Virus record (IMG/VR): IMGVR_UViG_3300021400_000046
Location: 64,001 to 128,000 of that record
From: a virus
Lineage: Duplodnaviria > Caudoviricetes
Length of the DNA: 64,000 nucleotides
Strand: one strand, 5' to 3'
In this document: positions 8,613 to 18,221 of the stretch, piece by piece
Numbering within the stretch: the stretch's first letter is position 1
Layout of the letters: each line of letters begins with the position of its first letter
Made by a program: the position numbers and the translations under genes
Notes under the pieces: generated by a model
The model's input: the letters and a program-made list of their open reading frames with translations, nothing else
Told to the model about the DNA's origin: nothing
Database searches by the model: none

Positions 8613-9743
8613 CTAATTTGTACCTGTGCTTCCAAAGCCGCTGCGATCTTTTTCTCCTAAATCTTCGACTTCTATAAATTCAAGTTCTGGTTGGCGTTTT
8701 ACAATTCTAAACTGGCAAATTCTATCATTTGTTTTGATTTCCGTATCTCTTGTAGCAAGTGCCGGGAATCTCCAAATATCATTATTGCCGCAGTATGAGT
8801 TATCAACAACCCCCATGTGATTAGTTTGTAGAACGCCCCAAGTCTTAAATGTAGAGCTGCGTGGTACAATATGTGCCTCATATCCTTCAGGTAGCTTCAT
8901 CGAAATTCCAAGGCTAATTAACTTAAATTCTCCTGCTTTCAAAGAAATATCTTTTGCCGCTCGGAGATCAATCCAATCACCAACGGAAATCTTCTCAATT
9001 CTTGTTAATTCTTTATTGTGGTATTTAATCTTAATCCGTTCCATTTCTTCTTCATCCTCTATTTCGTGTAAGTATTGTAAAGAAATATTCATAGTTTGAT
9101 TTGTATTATAGAGATATGTGAAATACCCATTCCCACTATCATCGTTTATAACTTTCAGAAAACGTGCTTCACCAATGTTTCGATCACTTTCTAAAAATCG
9201 CACCAGAGATACAATGCATTTACTTGAATTTCCGTTATCATAAATATAATAATATGGTTTATTTAAGTGATATGTGATCCCATTAATTGTTTTACCATTG
9301 TCTATTTGGTATGGTTTTACTTCATGTACACTTACATAGTATTTATTTGGCTTGTAATCAGCATATAAGACTGGTTTCTTTTGGTAATATATTTTAATTT
9401 TGCTACCATCATTTACAGTCAACCAAATGTATTTTACATTTTTGCTATACCGTTCATCGTTAATTCTATACTCTTGGCCTGGTGCAACAATAAAAGCCGC
9501 TTGCTTTGCAGACGCTTCATTAAATTCAATAAACGCTCCATAATCGCCAATAACAATTCTATCATAACAATATGCTATTAGCTCTCCGCTTTTTGTTGCA
9601 AGCATCTGATCTGCGCCATTTTCATTTAGCCACGAAGGGATATTATCTTTGAAGAATTGTCTGTATTTATCTGACAATCCATCTTTTAATGGTTTGTATT
9701 TGTACTTCTTTGCAAGTAATGCTTCGATTTTTAATGTGTTCAT
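8613..9743 (-). CDS. dut: Trimeric dUTPase (C-terminal ~145 aa) fused to uncharacterised N-terminal domains
   Basis: [32 protein letters not shown] motifs. Confidence 0.85.
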   Translation of the reverse strand: MNTLKIEALLAKKYKYKPLKDGLSDKYRQFFKDNIPSWLNENGADQMLATKSGELIAYCYDRIVIGDYGAFIEFNEASAKQAAFIVAPGQEYRINDERYSKNVKYIWLTVNDGSKIKIYYQKKPVLYADYKPNKYYVSVHEVKPYQIDNGKTINGITYHLNKPYYYIYDNGNSSKCIVSLVRFLESDRNIGEARFLKVINDDSGNGYFTYLYNTNQTMNISLQYLHEIEDEEEMERIKIKYHNKELTRIEKISVGDWIDLRAAKDISLKAGEFKLISLGISMKLPEGYEAHIVPRSSTFKTWGVLQTNHMGVVDNSYCGNNDIWRFPALATRDTEIKTNDRICQFRIVKRQPELEFIEVEDLGEKDRSGFGSTGTN

Positions 9744-10216
9744 CTGTTTATCTCTTTTAGATATTTGCTTTTTGAGTGTGCCAAATAATTCTCTATGAGC
9801 CTGCTCTGGTCTTTCGTTTTGCTGTATGCAATCACATTGATCGTTTCTTGCCCTTTGCGGTTAATACCGTGATTTGCTAAATACTTGATATTGTTTTCTA
9901 CTAAGTAATTGCAAAGTTTTAATACATCATCTTTATCGCTGCTCGTTAAGTGGAATTGCCATTTATCATCTTTTTTGCATTTTTCAAGAATAGGGAACGC
10001 TATTAGATTCCCTATTCCTGACGCGACAGCTATGATGATTATTGTTAGAATCGAATCATCTTCTACAACTTTTGAAATGATAAAGTAGAATAATAGTTGG
10101 GAGATAATAACCATGATTGAAGAAATGATTTTAGCACCACGATACTGTAATATTGATTTCGCCGTCAAGATGATATTGTCAAGTATTTTAATAATAAATA
10201 GAATAATGTAAATCAT
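9740..10216 (-). CDS. Membrane protein (DUF2179/DUF5698-like)
   Basis: Three TM helices followed by a soluble domain. Confidence 0.5.
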   Translation of the reverse strand: MIYIILFIIKILDNIILTAKSILQYRGAKIISSIMVIISQLLFYFIISKVVEDDSILTIIIIAVASGIGNLIAFPILEKCKKDDKWQFHLTSSDKDDVLKLCNYLVENNIKYLANHGINRKGQETINVIAYSKTKDQSRLIENYLAHSKSKYLKEINR

Positions 10217-10411
10217 TTATTCTGTTTCAAAAACATATAATCCGCAATGGCAAAGTCCAGTTTTACCTTCATTAATCATGTCTCTGAACTCCTTACACAT
10301 ACATTTGGTGTCTGGTGTTTTTAAGATTCTACAAGGGCAATAGCCATTATTCTCTTTCAGCTTATTTTTGATTTCTGTTACAAGTTCTGTATCTGGATTT
10401 AGTTTTATCAT
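10217..10411 (-). CDS. Ferredoxin-thioredoxin reductase catalytic-subunit-like protein
   Basis: GYCPC...CMC...CHCGLY motifs. Confidence 0.85.
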   Translation of the reverse strand: MIKLNPDTELVTEIKNKLKENNGYCPCRILKTPDTKCMCKEFRDMINEGKTGLCHCGLYVFETE

Positions 10412-10418
10412 GTCACAC

Positions 10419-10898
10419 CTATATTTCTTTTGCGTACTGGTTTTCGCTTTTTAGTACAACTCCAAGTATTTCATCAAAGTGAGAAGTGCTATTTGGTACA
10501 AACCGCCCGTACTTAATAATAATTGGGCTATATTGTTTTAGATCAGAAAATCTAATGATTGTAGCAACTTCATCTTCTGTATATCCAGTGTAGATTACAA
10601 TATCATCGTTACAACCTTTTTCTCTAAACAGTTTGATAAGAGCGATAACATCAAGAATATCGTCAAGTGGTTCAAGTCCAGCAAATACAATTGCGCTTGT
10701 AATCTCGTTTTCAAGATAACGGTTTACAATTCTCTCATAGCTTATTTCAATATCCGGTGCAGTAGCAAGTGCGCTATTTTGGCACACTTGCATACCACAC
10801 TCTTTGTCACACTTGAATGAACAGGTTGGGAACATTAAAACCATACTTGGTTTTTTGTAATTTACAAAATCTTCATCAAGCAGACCTTTGACAATCAT
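10419..10898 (-). CDS. nrdG: Anaerobic RNR activating enzyme
   Basis: CSFKC...CQN radical-SAM cysteines, GLEP, IYTGY, S.NQ; adjacent to nrdD. Confidence 0.88.
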   Translation of the reverse strand: MIVKGLLDEDFVNYKKPSMVLMFPTCSFKCDKECGMQVCQNSALATAPDIEISYERIVNRYLENEITSAIVFAGLEPLDDILDVIALIKLFREKGCNDDIVIYTGYTEDEVATIIRFSDLKQYSPIIIKYGRFVPNSTSHFDEILGVVLKSENQYAKEI

Positions 10899-12859
10899 TC
10901 TCGCATCATCTCCGCATATTCGTACCATCTGCGTGTATTAAACTCTCTGAACCGATCTTTTGAATAACTACGTGTCGGAACAAGATAACCAACAATGCGT
11001 TGATAAGTGTCAAATACAGGCTTGCCACAAATCGGGCAATAATCAGTTCCAACAAAACCATGATGATTTTCGCATTCATTGATTCTTGTGTTAAATGCGA
11101 AGTAAATAACATTTGACAATGCAATGGTGTTAAGAATATCCCAGGCTGCATCTGTGTTTGGGAAATTAGCTTCGAGGTTAATGTGGCTAATTGACCCGCC
11201 AGAGCATTTTGCATCAAGTATTGAACTTAACCGTAGTTTCTCTTTTAGAGTGCATTTTGCAGAAAGCGGAATCCATTGATTAGAGTAAATGAATTTATCA
11301 TTCAAACTGTACAAGAGGTTATCTTTTTGGCACAAAATGACTGCGGCACGTTCAGCCGGTACACTTTCGATGTTAAAAGAAAATTCTTTTGTAAAATTGT
11401 CTTTAACATCATTTAGTACATCAAAAATCTTACTTGCAAATCCAATACCTTTATCGGTATATGAAATATTGCCAAATTCATCTGTTTCCGTATAGCCAAA
11501 CTTTTCAATTACTTCAAATAACCCAAGAATACCGATTGTGCAGTATTGCTTATCCATCTCAACTGCGCCATCTTGATAATTGGGCAAAAGACCCTTTTCA
11601 ACATTCCGCTTAATAATGTGTCGCACAATTTCAAGAGCCTTACAACACAAGACAGCGCGTTTACGGAGCAACGCAAGGTACTTCTTTTCGTCGCATTCGG
11701 TTTCAAGTGCAATACGCATAAGGTTAATCGTATTTACTTTAACGGAACCAATGGAAAGGGCTGTGCCGCCAATTGAATTAATGAATGCGCTGAGTTTAGA
11801 TGTATCAGATAGAAGCCTACAACAATTAGAAAGCGTTGTCACATCTTCGCTGATGAAGAAGTTGCTATCATTCCATGTTACATTGTGGTCAGAACACCAT
11901 CTTGCAAAATCTTGATCTACAAATACTTTATAATTCTTTGTCTTAATCATTTCTTCTGCTTCTTCTTTTGAAATATCATTTCGTTTCAAGAGAGAGTAGG
12001 TAAGCACAGGGAATGTAAATAAATTTTCTTCTCTAATTTTTGAAACGACTTCCATGAATACTTTTTGGTGTTCAATCAAATTTTCAACATTATCAATGAC
12101 AAATGAACCATCTGGATATTCAACACCACCAAAAAGTGATTCAATGTAATTTCTATCGAAGATTGAAACATTTACAAAGGCAGTTTGATCTATGCGCATA
12201 AAAGGCTGGTTCAAACGGTAAATCAGTTTTTGGAAAGTTTGTCGTAAGTAATACTCTGGACTCTTGATATAATATCCAGTCTCACAATCATGTTTCCAGA
12301 AGTAATATGTCCAAATCAAAATGTTTGGGATTCCAACTGCACCTGACGATCTATTAGACATATAGCTAATGTACTCAATTACATCATCAACAAAAGTTGT
12401 TAAGTGCTTCGGTGGCTGGTTATTATAATTCTTCAAGAAAAACAAACCTTCGGTTGCAAGGCGTGTAAGGTCATACGCATAGCAATAAGGGATATATGTA
12501 GTTGATGGAGCATCGTGCATATAAAAGCCGCCATTATACTCAGTTTCAAGCCATTCTCTTGCTGTGCGGAGATTATATCGTTTTTTAAGCTCATAGAAAA
12601 TCTTGTTAAAGGCAAACAGTTTATCTTCTGACTTCCCCTTTTCACTCAACAAACTACGAATATCTTTGCTTGAAGCATTTGCATTAGCGTCAATTGTTAC
12701 GTCTGCAACATTCTTATCAATAAATCCATCAATGAAATCAGAAAAGTTTAACTGTGACTCATGGATTCCATTAAGAATATCAAAATCTTCACCGTACTTA
12801 TCACTTAATGCCTGGACTGTTTTTTCAAAGTCTTTATTTACTTTAATAGGTATATTCAA
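10895..12859 (-). CDS. nrdD: Class III anaerobic ribonucleotide reductase (no ATP cone)
   Basis: SNCCRL finger loop, Zn cysteines, RIVGYL glycyl-radical motif. Confidence 0.95.
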   Translation of the reverse strand: MNIPIKVNKDFEKTVQALSDKYGEDFDILNGIHESQLNFSDFIDGFIDKNVADVTIDANANASSKDIRSLLSEKGKSEDKLFAFNKIFYELKKRYNLRTAREWLETEYNGGFYMHDAPSTTYIPYCYAYDLTRLATEGLFFLKNYNNQPPKHLTTFVDDVIEYISYMSNRSSGAVGIPNILIWTYYFWKHDCETGYYIKSPEYYLRQTFQKLIYRLNQPFMRIDQTAFVNVSIFDRNYIESLFGGVEYPDGSFVIDNVENLIEHQKVFMEVVSKIREENLFTFPVLTYSLLKRNDISKEEAEEMIKTKNYKVFVDQDFARWCSDHNVTWNDSNFFISEDVTTLSNCCRLLSDTSKLSAFINSIGGTALSIGSVKVNTINLMRIALETECDEKKYLALLRKRAVLCCKALEIVRHIIKRNVEKGLLPNYQDGAVEMDKQYCTIGILGLFEVIEKFGYTETDEFGNISYTDKGIGFASKIFDVLNDVKDNFTKEFSFNIESVPAERAAVILCQKDNLLYSLNDKFIYSNQWIPLSAKCTLKEKLRLSSILDAKCSGGSISHINLEANFPNTDAAWDILNTIALSNVIYFAFNTRINECENHHGFVGTDYCPICGKPVFDTYQRIVGYLVPTRSYSKDRFREFNTRRWYEYAEMMRE

Positions 12860-13068
12860 ACCGTTTCCTCTCTTTCGTTTACCCAAGCTGCGGCATCCTG
12901 GAAATTTAATAATTTGCCATCAACCGACAATACAGGAACAGCATCAATACCAAGAGATGCCATTTGTTTTACGTCATTCACTTCCGAGTAAACAATATTC
13001 TTAGCCGCAAGTTTCTTTTTAAGAACATTGCATTTCGGACAACCAGTAGAATACAAAATAACTGTCAT
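12856..13068 (-). CDS. Glutaredoxin/NrdH-like redoxin
   Basis: CPKC and VPVL motifs. Confidence 0.85.
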   Translation of the reverse strand: MTVILYSTGCPKCNVLKKKLAAKNIVYSEVNDVKQMASLGIDAVPVLSVDGKLLNFQDAAAWVNEREETV

Positions 13069-13079
13069 TTGTTTTCTCC

Positions 13080-13532
13080 TTAAATCAGGGCAAGATTTGT
13101 TATATAGTCTACTGCATCTTCCATGCTTGTTTCAGTATGTGAAAATACAGTTGATAGCCACGGATGATCTATTTTGCTTTCGCCAAATCCGATAACCGTT
13201 ATATTTTTGCCGAGCCGGTTCAGGCCAGCAATAAACCCTAATTGAAATGCAAGCTCTGTAAAACAGGTTGCGCTATCATTTATCCCATCTGTATTCACAA
13301 TCACAATATCGCTATCTTGAATATTGCTTTGTTCCCAAATCAAATGATCTTTTGAACTTAAACCGTGTAAGTCAGATGAAATAACGTATTCGCTATAATA
13401 CGGTGGGTGTGCGAAAGATAAATCTTTGTCTGTTGATCGACGAAGCATTACTTCAATTTTTCTTCGCCAATCTAAATTGTCATAATGATTGCAACAAGAG
13501 CCGCAAGTAAAAATCTTAAATGTTTTGCTCAT
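13080..13532 (-). CDS. Nucleoside 2-deoxyribosyltransferase-like protein
   Basis: KIFTCG...WR, SDIVIVN, ELAF.LG pattern. Confidence 0.55.
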   Translation of the reverse strand: MSKTFKIFTCGSCCNHYDNLDWRRKIEVMLRRSTDKDLSFAHPPYYSEYVISSDLHGLSSKDHLIWEQSNIQDSDIVIVNTDGINDSATCFTELAFQLGFIAGLNRLGKNITVIGFGESKIDHPWLSTVFSHTETSMEDAVDYITNLALI

Positions 13533-14094
13533 TCTCTTTTCTCTCAATCTCGATATAGGTTATCAGAATTTTACACAGTTCGTCGATTGAAAACACATAG
13601 TTTTCATTGTATAATGTTTTGTCTGCTTCTTTATCAAAAGAGTCAAATTGCCCAACATCTGATAAACTTCTTCGATATGCTTCTTCAATATTGTCTCCGC
13701 GTTTAAGAATACTGACAAGCCTTGAACGGCGATCAACATTTAGATAAACAACACGGATAAAATCAAGCAAATTATGTTGTGCTGCATAACGCCTTAAAGC
13801 TCTTGCGCCAGCGGGTGTAAGAATAATAATCTTATCTTCGTCCTTGCTAAAATTTGCCGCAGTTCCGTATTGCCATTCTCTATACTGTGCGTACTCAAAA
13901 AAGAAACCCTTTTGTTTCAAATCATCGAATGTATCATTATCAATAAAATGATAATCAATACCATTCGTTTCTCCTGCTCTCATTGGTCGAGTAGTATATG
14001 TAACAACTTTTGAGAATGAAGGTTTTAATTCTGATAACCGTTTGGCAAGGCTTGATTTGCCGCAGCCACTCTCTCCAACTAATACAATTACTAT
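13516..14094 (-). CDS. gmk: Guanylate kinase (probable ATA start)
   Basis: Frame extends upstream of the tracked ORF to include GESGCGKS P-loop and TYTTRPMRAGE; YHF and YGT motifs. Confidence 0.88.
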   Translation of the reverse strand: MVIVLVGESGCGKSSLAKRLSELKPSFSKVVTYTTRPMRAGETNGIDYHFIDNDTFDDLKQKGFFFEYAQYREWQYGTAANFSKDEDKIIILTPAGARALRRYAAQHNLLDFIRVVYLNVDRRSRLVSILKRGDNIEEAYRRSLSDVGQFDSFDKEADKTLYNENYVFSIDELCKILITYIEIERKENEQNI

Positions 14095-14107
14095 CGCTAA
14101 CCGCCTC

Positions 14108-14353
14108 CTAATCGCATATTTCTGAAAAACTGATGTTTAGCAATTCTGCTTTTTCTGAAAGAGTTAGATCATCCCATGCTTCTTCTATTCTGCTTTTGGC
14201 GCATTCTTCACAACAGTCGTTTCCGTCAATTCTATAAGTTGCTCCATCTTCGCCGCAATCGTCGCAATAGTAAACCAGAACATCTATGTAAGGGCATGAT
14301 TTCCCAAGGCACGGTAAGCCACAATCAACACAATGGTTTTCAATTGCTTTCAT
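14108..14353 (-). CDS. Cys-rich hypothetical protein
   Basis: Multiple CxxC; fits operon. Confidence 0.65.
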   Translation of the reverse strand: MKAIENHCVDCGLPCLGKSCPYIDVLVYYCDDCGEDGATYRIDGNDCCEECAKSRIEEAWDDLTLSEKAELLNISFSEICD

Positions 14354-15030
14354 TGTTTACCACTTTTCCCAGGCATACGACCACAGCCCTTCTTTTCTGG
14401 ACAGTAGCCAATGTATTCACACTTGGGCATGAATTGAGTTTTGACAATATACGCCCATTGCTCTGAGTATTCAGAAAGAGCGGCGCAAAGATCGCGGAAC
14501 ATCTCTCTATACTCCCAATATGCTCTGTTGCACATTCGTTGGCGAGACATATCAATTAGGTTTCGCATATTATGCTTACAAACAATCTTTGTCTCCATAC
14601 CAAGAGGTAATACAAGCGCACTATCTTCTCGTGGTACACCAAGTTCTTCAAGTGCTTGACCGGCATCTGAAATCTTCTCCATAATGTCTGTGTAGATTTC
14701 TTTTGCTTGTTCATTTTCTTCAATTTTGTGTGGGACAATATAAGAGAAATCGTTGTAGTCTATGTATCTTGTTGATGCTTGAAGTCTTGTTGGCAAGCCT
14801 CCAATGTGTGTGTACCATTCTCTGATTACTCTTGCTGAATACCCTTCGATTGTTAAATAAACATCTGGAAATTCAAATGTGCGCCCATGCTGGTTTTCGA
14901 TACATTCAAGACCACGTTTATAGTTTTTTTCATCATCACTTGTATCTACGTTGCGGCAAACACCAGCTTCATATCCGATCATTATAATAGGTTCTTTAGT
15001 TGTGAATTTTTGGATAGTAACCTTTCCCAT
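14350..15030 (-). CDS. thyX: FAD-dependent thymidylate synthase
   Basis: H..TFEF, QASTRY, EDSALVLP, QRMCNRAYWEYR. Confidence 0.9.
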   Translation of the reverse strand: MGKVTIQKFTTKEPIIMIGYEAGVCRNVDTSDDEKNYKRGLECIENQHGRTFEFPDVYLTIEGYSARVIREWYTHIGGLPTRLQASTRYIDYNDFSYIVPHKIEENEQAKEIYTDIMEKISDAGQALEELGVPREDSALVLPLGMETKIVCKHNMRNLIDMSRQRMCNRAYWEYREMFRDLCAALSEYSEQWAYIVKTQFMPKCEYIGYCPEKKGCGRMPGKSGKQ

Positions 15031-15039
15031 TGCTTCTCC

Positions 15040-15276
15040 TTATATTGTTTTCTTCTCTCTCGCTTCTTTAAGCCGTTCTGCCGCAGCTTCGCGTTGTTCC
15101 GGTGTAAGTTCTCTTTTTGTAAATGGGTTCTTTCCAAATCTGAATGGGTAGATAGGGCAACTTACAATTGGGCAGTTTTTAACTTCTGAAATGCTGTCAC
15201 AAGAGCAATCAAGGCATTTCGCCCTGATTGCTTTAAGCGGAGAGTGTTCATATTCAATTTCATTCTCTTTGCTCAT
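15040..15276 (-). CDS. Conserved phage Cys-rich protein
   Basis: PLKAIRAKCLDC...CPIYPFRFGKNP. Confidence 0.65.
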   Translation of the reverse strand: MSKENEIEYEHSPLKAIRAKCLDCSCDSISEVKNCPIVSCPIYPFRFGKNPFTKRELTPEQREAAAERLKEAREKKTI

Positions 15277-15394
15277 AATTGTATTCCTACTTTTCAATAT
15301 TGCATCTAAAAATGCCGTGTGAATAAAACAGCTCTTTTATTGTCAAAAATGTTCGAGAAACACCGCAATAATTGGGTGTTATATAGGGTTCTAA

Positions 15395-15670
15395 TTACGA
15401 TTTCCCGCAATTTTTGCGCTCATAGGCCATATTTTGAAATTCTATGGTGTTTTCTCTGTCGATCCAGCGATTTTCGTATGTATCATAGAGCCTAAATGGT
15501 GTGCTTACCTTCAGCTTCATTGGCAGACTATTATTTGACATTACTTTACCGAGCCTGGTGATCTCTTGAATAATGACAATCTTAGGAGCTGTTAATACTT
15601 GTCGTTCTATTGTGTCTCCGTGTGAAAACTCAAAGACACACTGTACCGGCTGCAAATCATTTACAAACAT
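15395..15670 (-). CDS. Hypothetical protein
   Basis: ORF downstream of promoter, RBS GAGG. Confidence 0.65.
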   Translation of the reverse strand: MFVNDLQPVQCVFEFSHGDTIERQVLTAPKIVIIQEITRLGKVMSNNSLPMKLKVSTPFRLYDTYENRWIDRENTIEFQNMAYERKNCGKS

Positions 15671-15707
15671 TATAGTGCCTCAACTTTTCTATACTATTTC
15701 TAAAGAC

Positions 15708-15752
15708 ATTATACACGCATTGTCTGAATATGTCAAGGTAGTTTTCACAACA
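15708..15752 (-). promoter_or_regulatory. Phage promoter type A (copy 1)
   Basis: TGTTGTGAAAACTACC-TTGACA-17-TATAAT. Confidence 0.85.
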
Positions 15753-15756
15753 GTAT

Positions 15757-16973
15757 TTAATTACGTAATTCAACAAGATATTTGATTGTGCTTTGTTCCT
15801 CTTTGTAAACGATGATTTCATCATTTCGCAACATTGATCCTTCGTGTGCGTGTAAGCAGTTTGCGCCCGGACAGGCACTTTGCAGTTTATCATAAGTGAA
15901 ACTATTGTACTTACTATCAAAGGAATATACATCGAATGGTTTACCGTAGGCCACATTCATAAGTGCCATAAAACCAGAGTTTGAATTTCCTTTTGCCCAA
16001 TAGCTCCCTGTTAAGCTCGTATATCCAAGTGATTTTCTTGCTTTGGGTGCATAGTAGATACCATATCCGAACATTTCCCGGTGATTACTGCATTCGTTGG
16101 GCGCAGCACTAAGCCGCTTTGAATAATTGACCACCAATTCTCATTCCTGGAACCGTGAAATAGTAAGCGAATATCTTTGATATTGTTTTCTTTCACAAAA
16201 TCATCGAACCGCCTTTGTGTTTTTATGTTCTTGACTACCCATGCTTTGTAGAACTGGCCTGCACAAGAACCAAGCGCAACCTTAATTCTTGCAATATCAT
16301 CGTTTGTACATTCTTCAAATTCAAGCCCAAGCTGTTCAAGAATTGTTTTGTCATTTACAGGATCAGTTGTAGTAGTTTTATCAATCGTTTGTTTTTCAAC
16401 GATTTGACCCTTCATAACATCAAGCAAATCCTGTTCACGCTGGATTATTTTAGCAAAATCATCGGGGGACTGAGATAAATAATATCTTACAGTAGACATT
16501 TTTCGCGGAATGGTTGTGAACAGCTTTAGAAGCTGCTCGTTGAAAATTGAAACACTTGTTATTTGCAGAAGTCCGGTGATAATATCTTGCGCCTCATTAA
16601 CCATAGCATGAGTAACCTTATTAGATGAAATAGTGTAGTTTTCACTAATTGCTTTTCTTGCCATGCTTTGTAAACGTTCAACAATCTCTGCAATAGCTTT
16701 GTTCTCAATTTCTTTGTATTCTGGCTGGCCTTTTGGTTTCTCAACGGAGATCAAATCTTTTACAAGGTCTGTCTGATCTGTGTAGCCCTTCTTGATTTTT
16801 TCGTTGTACTTCTTTTCCCATTCATACTTGGAATAGGAGCGGGATTGTGAACCGCTACCTATGCGGCCATATTCAGCGATCCACCTATCACCATTTGGAG
16901 TCATTTTATAATACTTGTTATGGTTGTCGCCAGAAGTAACCATAACTAAATATCTTGGAGTGTAATCAATCAT
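15757..16973 (-). CDS. Poly(ADP-ribose) polymerase-like protein (WGR + regulatory + catalytic), interrupted by a 1-nt frameshift near 16075
   Basis: WGR-like HNKYY...EYGRIG; catalytic LLFHGSR, ITGK/MFGYGIYYA, KSLGY, RNDEIIVY across two frames. Confidence 0.85.
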
Positions 16974-17796
16974 TGCTTTTACCATTATAATATGCAAATT
17001 TACATCCGTGGACGGTATTGATTTTCCCAGAACAACATTTTGATATACTTCCAGAATCAAATCCTGTCTCACTTGCCGCCTCTTTTATTGAATTGTAAAT
17101 TGTGTTTGTGTCTAAGCAAATCACACTTTTTGAGCCAATATGTTTTCTTTTTCTTGTCTCACTAATTTTTGCTTTTACCGAATCATCTAAGTGTTTCCCG
17201 TACATTGGACTGTTTTTACCTAATAATTTATGGTTATTATAGTTTGGATTTAACGCTCCCGTTCTTGATGATGCCAGTTTACTCAAAATAGATCGTGTCT
17301 CTTTACTATGATGTTTGCCATAAAACCCGTTGTTCTCTCCTACATTCTTACCGCTTCGTTCTTTTGACCATTTATCTTTTTGCTCCTGAGAATGTGTTTT
17401 ACCATAAAAATTATTCTTTATCCCTTTGTGAGAAACAGACATTTTATCTCTTGTTTCTTTTGAGAATTTTACGCCAGCAAATCCATCACCACCAGCAGTA
17501 ATGTTATAACCACAGGATTGTTCTTTGCAAACTTGCGTATTATACTTTTTAATCAATTCTACTTCTTTTTCTTTTGCTTCGCTTTCTGATAGATTTGTAA
17601 AAAGAATAATATGCTCAAAGTTATCCCACCCATATTTTTTAATAGCATTATAAAAATACGGGTTTTTCTTTTTGGTATATTGGTTGCCGTTTTTGCCCCA
17701 TCTAATTTCTGGTTTAAGATGTGTGATGCCAATGTACATCTTACCGTTTATCTTGTTTTTATGAAGATAAACTGTCCATGTATTTACAGGTAGCAT
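16966..17796 (-). CDS. GIY-YIG homing endonuclease with NUMOD3/NUMOD1 repeats
   Basis: VYLH.NKINGKMYIGIT, GYN...GG, repeated FYGK.HS.E. Confidence 0.9.
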   Translation of the reverse strand: MLPVNTWTVYLHKNKINGKMYIGITHLKPEIRWGKNGNQYTKKKNPYFYNAIKKYGWDNFEHIILFTNLSESEAKEKEVELIKKYNTQVCKEQSCGYNITAGGDGFAGVKFSKETRDKMSVSHKGIKNNFYGKTHSQEQKDKWSKERSGKNVGENNGFYGKHHSKETRSILSKLASSRTGALNPNYNNHKLLGKNSPMYGKHLDDSVKAKISETRKRKHIGSKSVICLDTNTIYNSIKEAASETGFDSGSISKCCSGKINTVHGCKFAYYNGKSND

Positions 17797-18221
17797 ACGA
17801 GAATATCAATATCAGTATCTTCAAATACATCTTTTATCATTTCACGTACACTATCCCAATCTAATTTGTCAAGCCCCGAAGCTATTTTTGGCATGGCAAG
17901 TTTGTTTACGTGGAGTGTTTCGCATTGCTCACGAAGATCGAGTAGTGTGTCATAGAGATCATCATAACGCGGCTTATGATAGCATAGAGGCTTTGTGACG
18001 AGGTTAAATACGTTCCCAACAAGCAATGCTCTGCCAACATTTGCGTACCTATCTCCCGTTGGAATCGGATAGTCTCTATGCAGCCTGAACTTCATATCGA
18101 AAATATTGTTAAACTGCTTTGCAATGCCAGCTCCAAGAGCATAATCGCCGCTGATGCAATGCACTAAGTAATATCCTTGTGGAGCAAGGAATAAATCTTC
18201 TTGAACTTCTGTAAAAGTCAT
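17784..18221 (-). CDS. Macrodomain ADP-ribosyl hydrolase (OARD1/TARG1/DarG-like)
   Basis: DLF...LVHCIS.D..LGAGIA.QF, FNLVTK, LAMPKIASGLD.LDW. Confidence 0.88.
   Translation of the reverse strand: MTFTEVQEDLFLAPQGYYLVHCISGDYALGAGIAKQFNNIFDMKFRLHRDYPIPTGDRYANVGRALLVGNVFNLVTKPLCYHKPRYDDLYDTLLDLREQCETLHVNKLAMPKIASGLDKLDWDSVREMIKDVFEDTDIDILVCYL

Noticed and set aside
16011-17796. Group I intron splitting PARP or the macrodomain gene
   Set aside because: The endonuclease ORF overlaps the ends of two complete neighbouring genes, leaving no room for intron core; the PARP break is a 1-nt shift.
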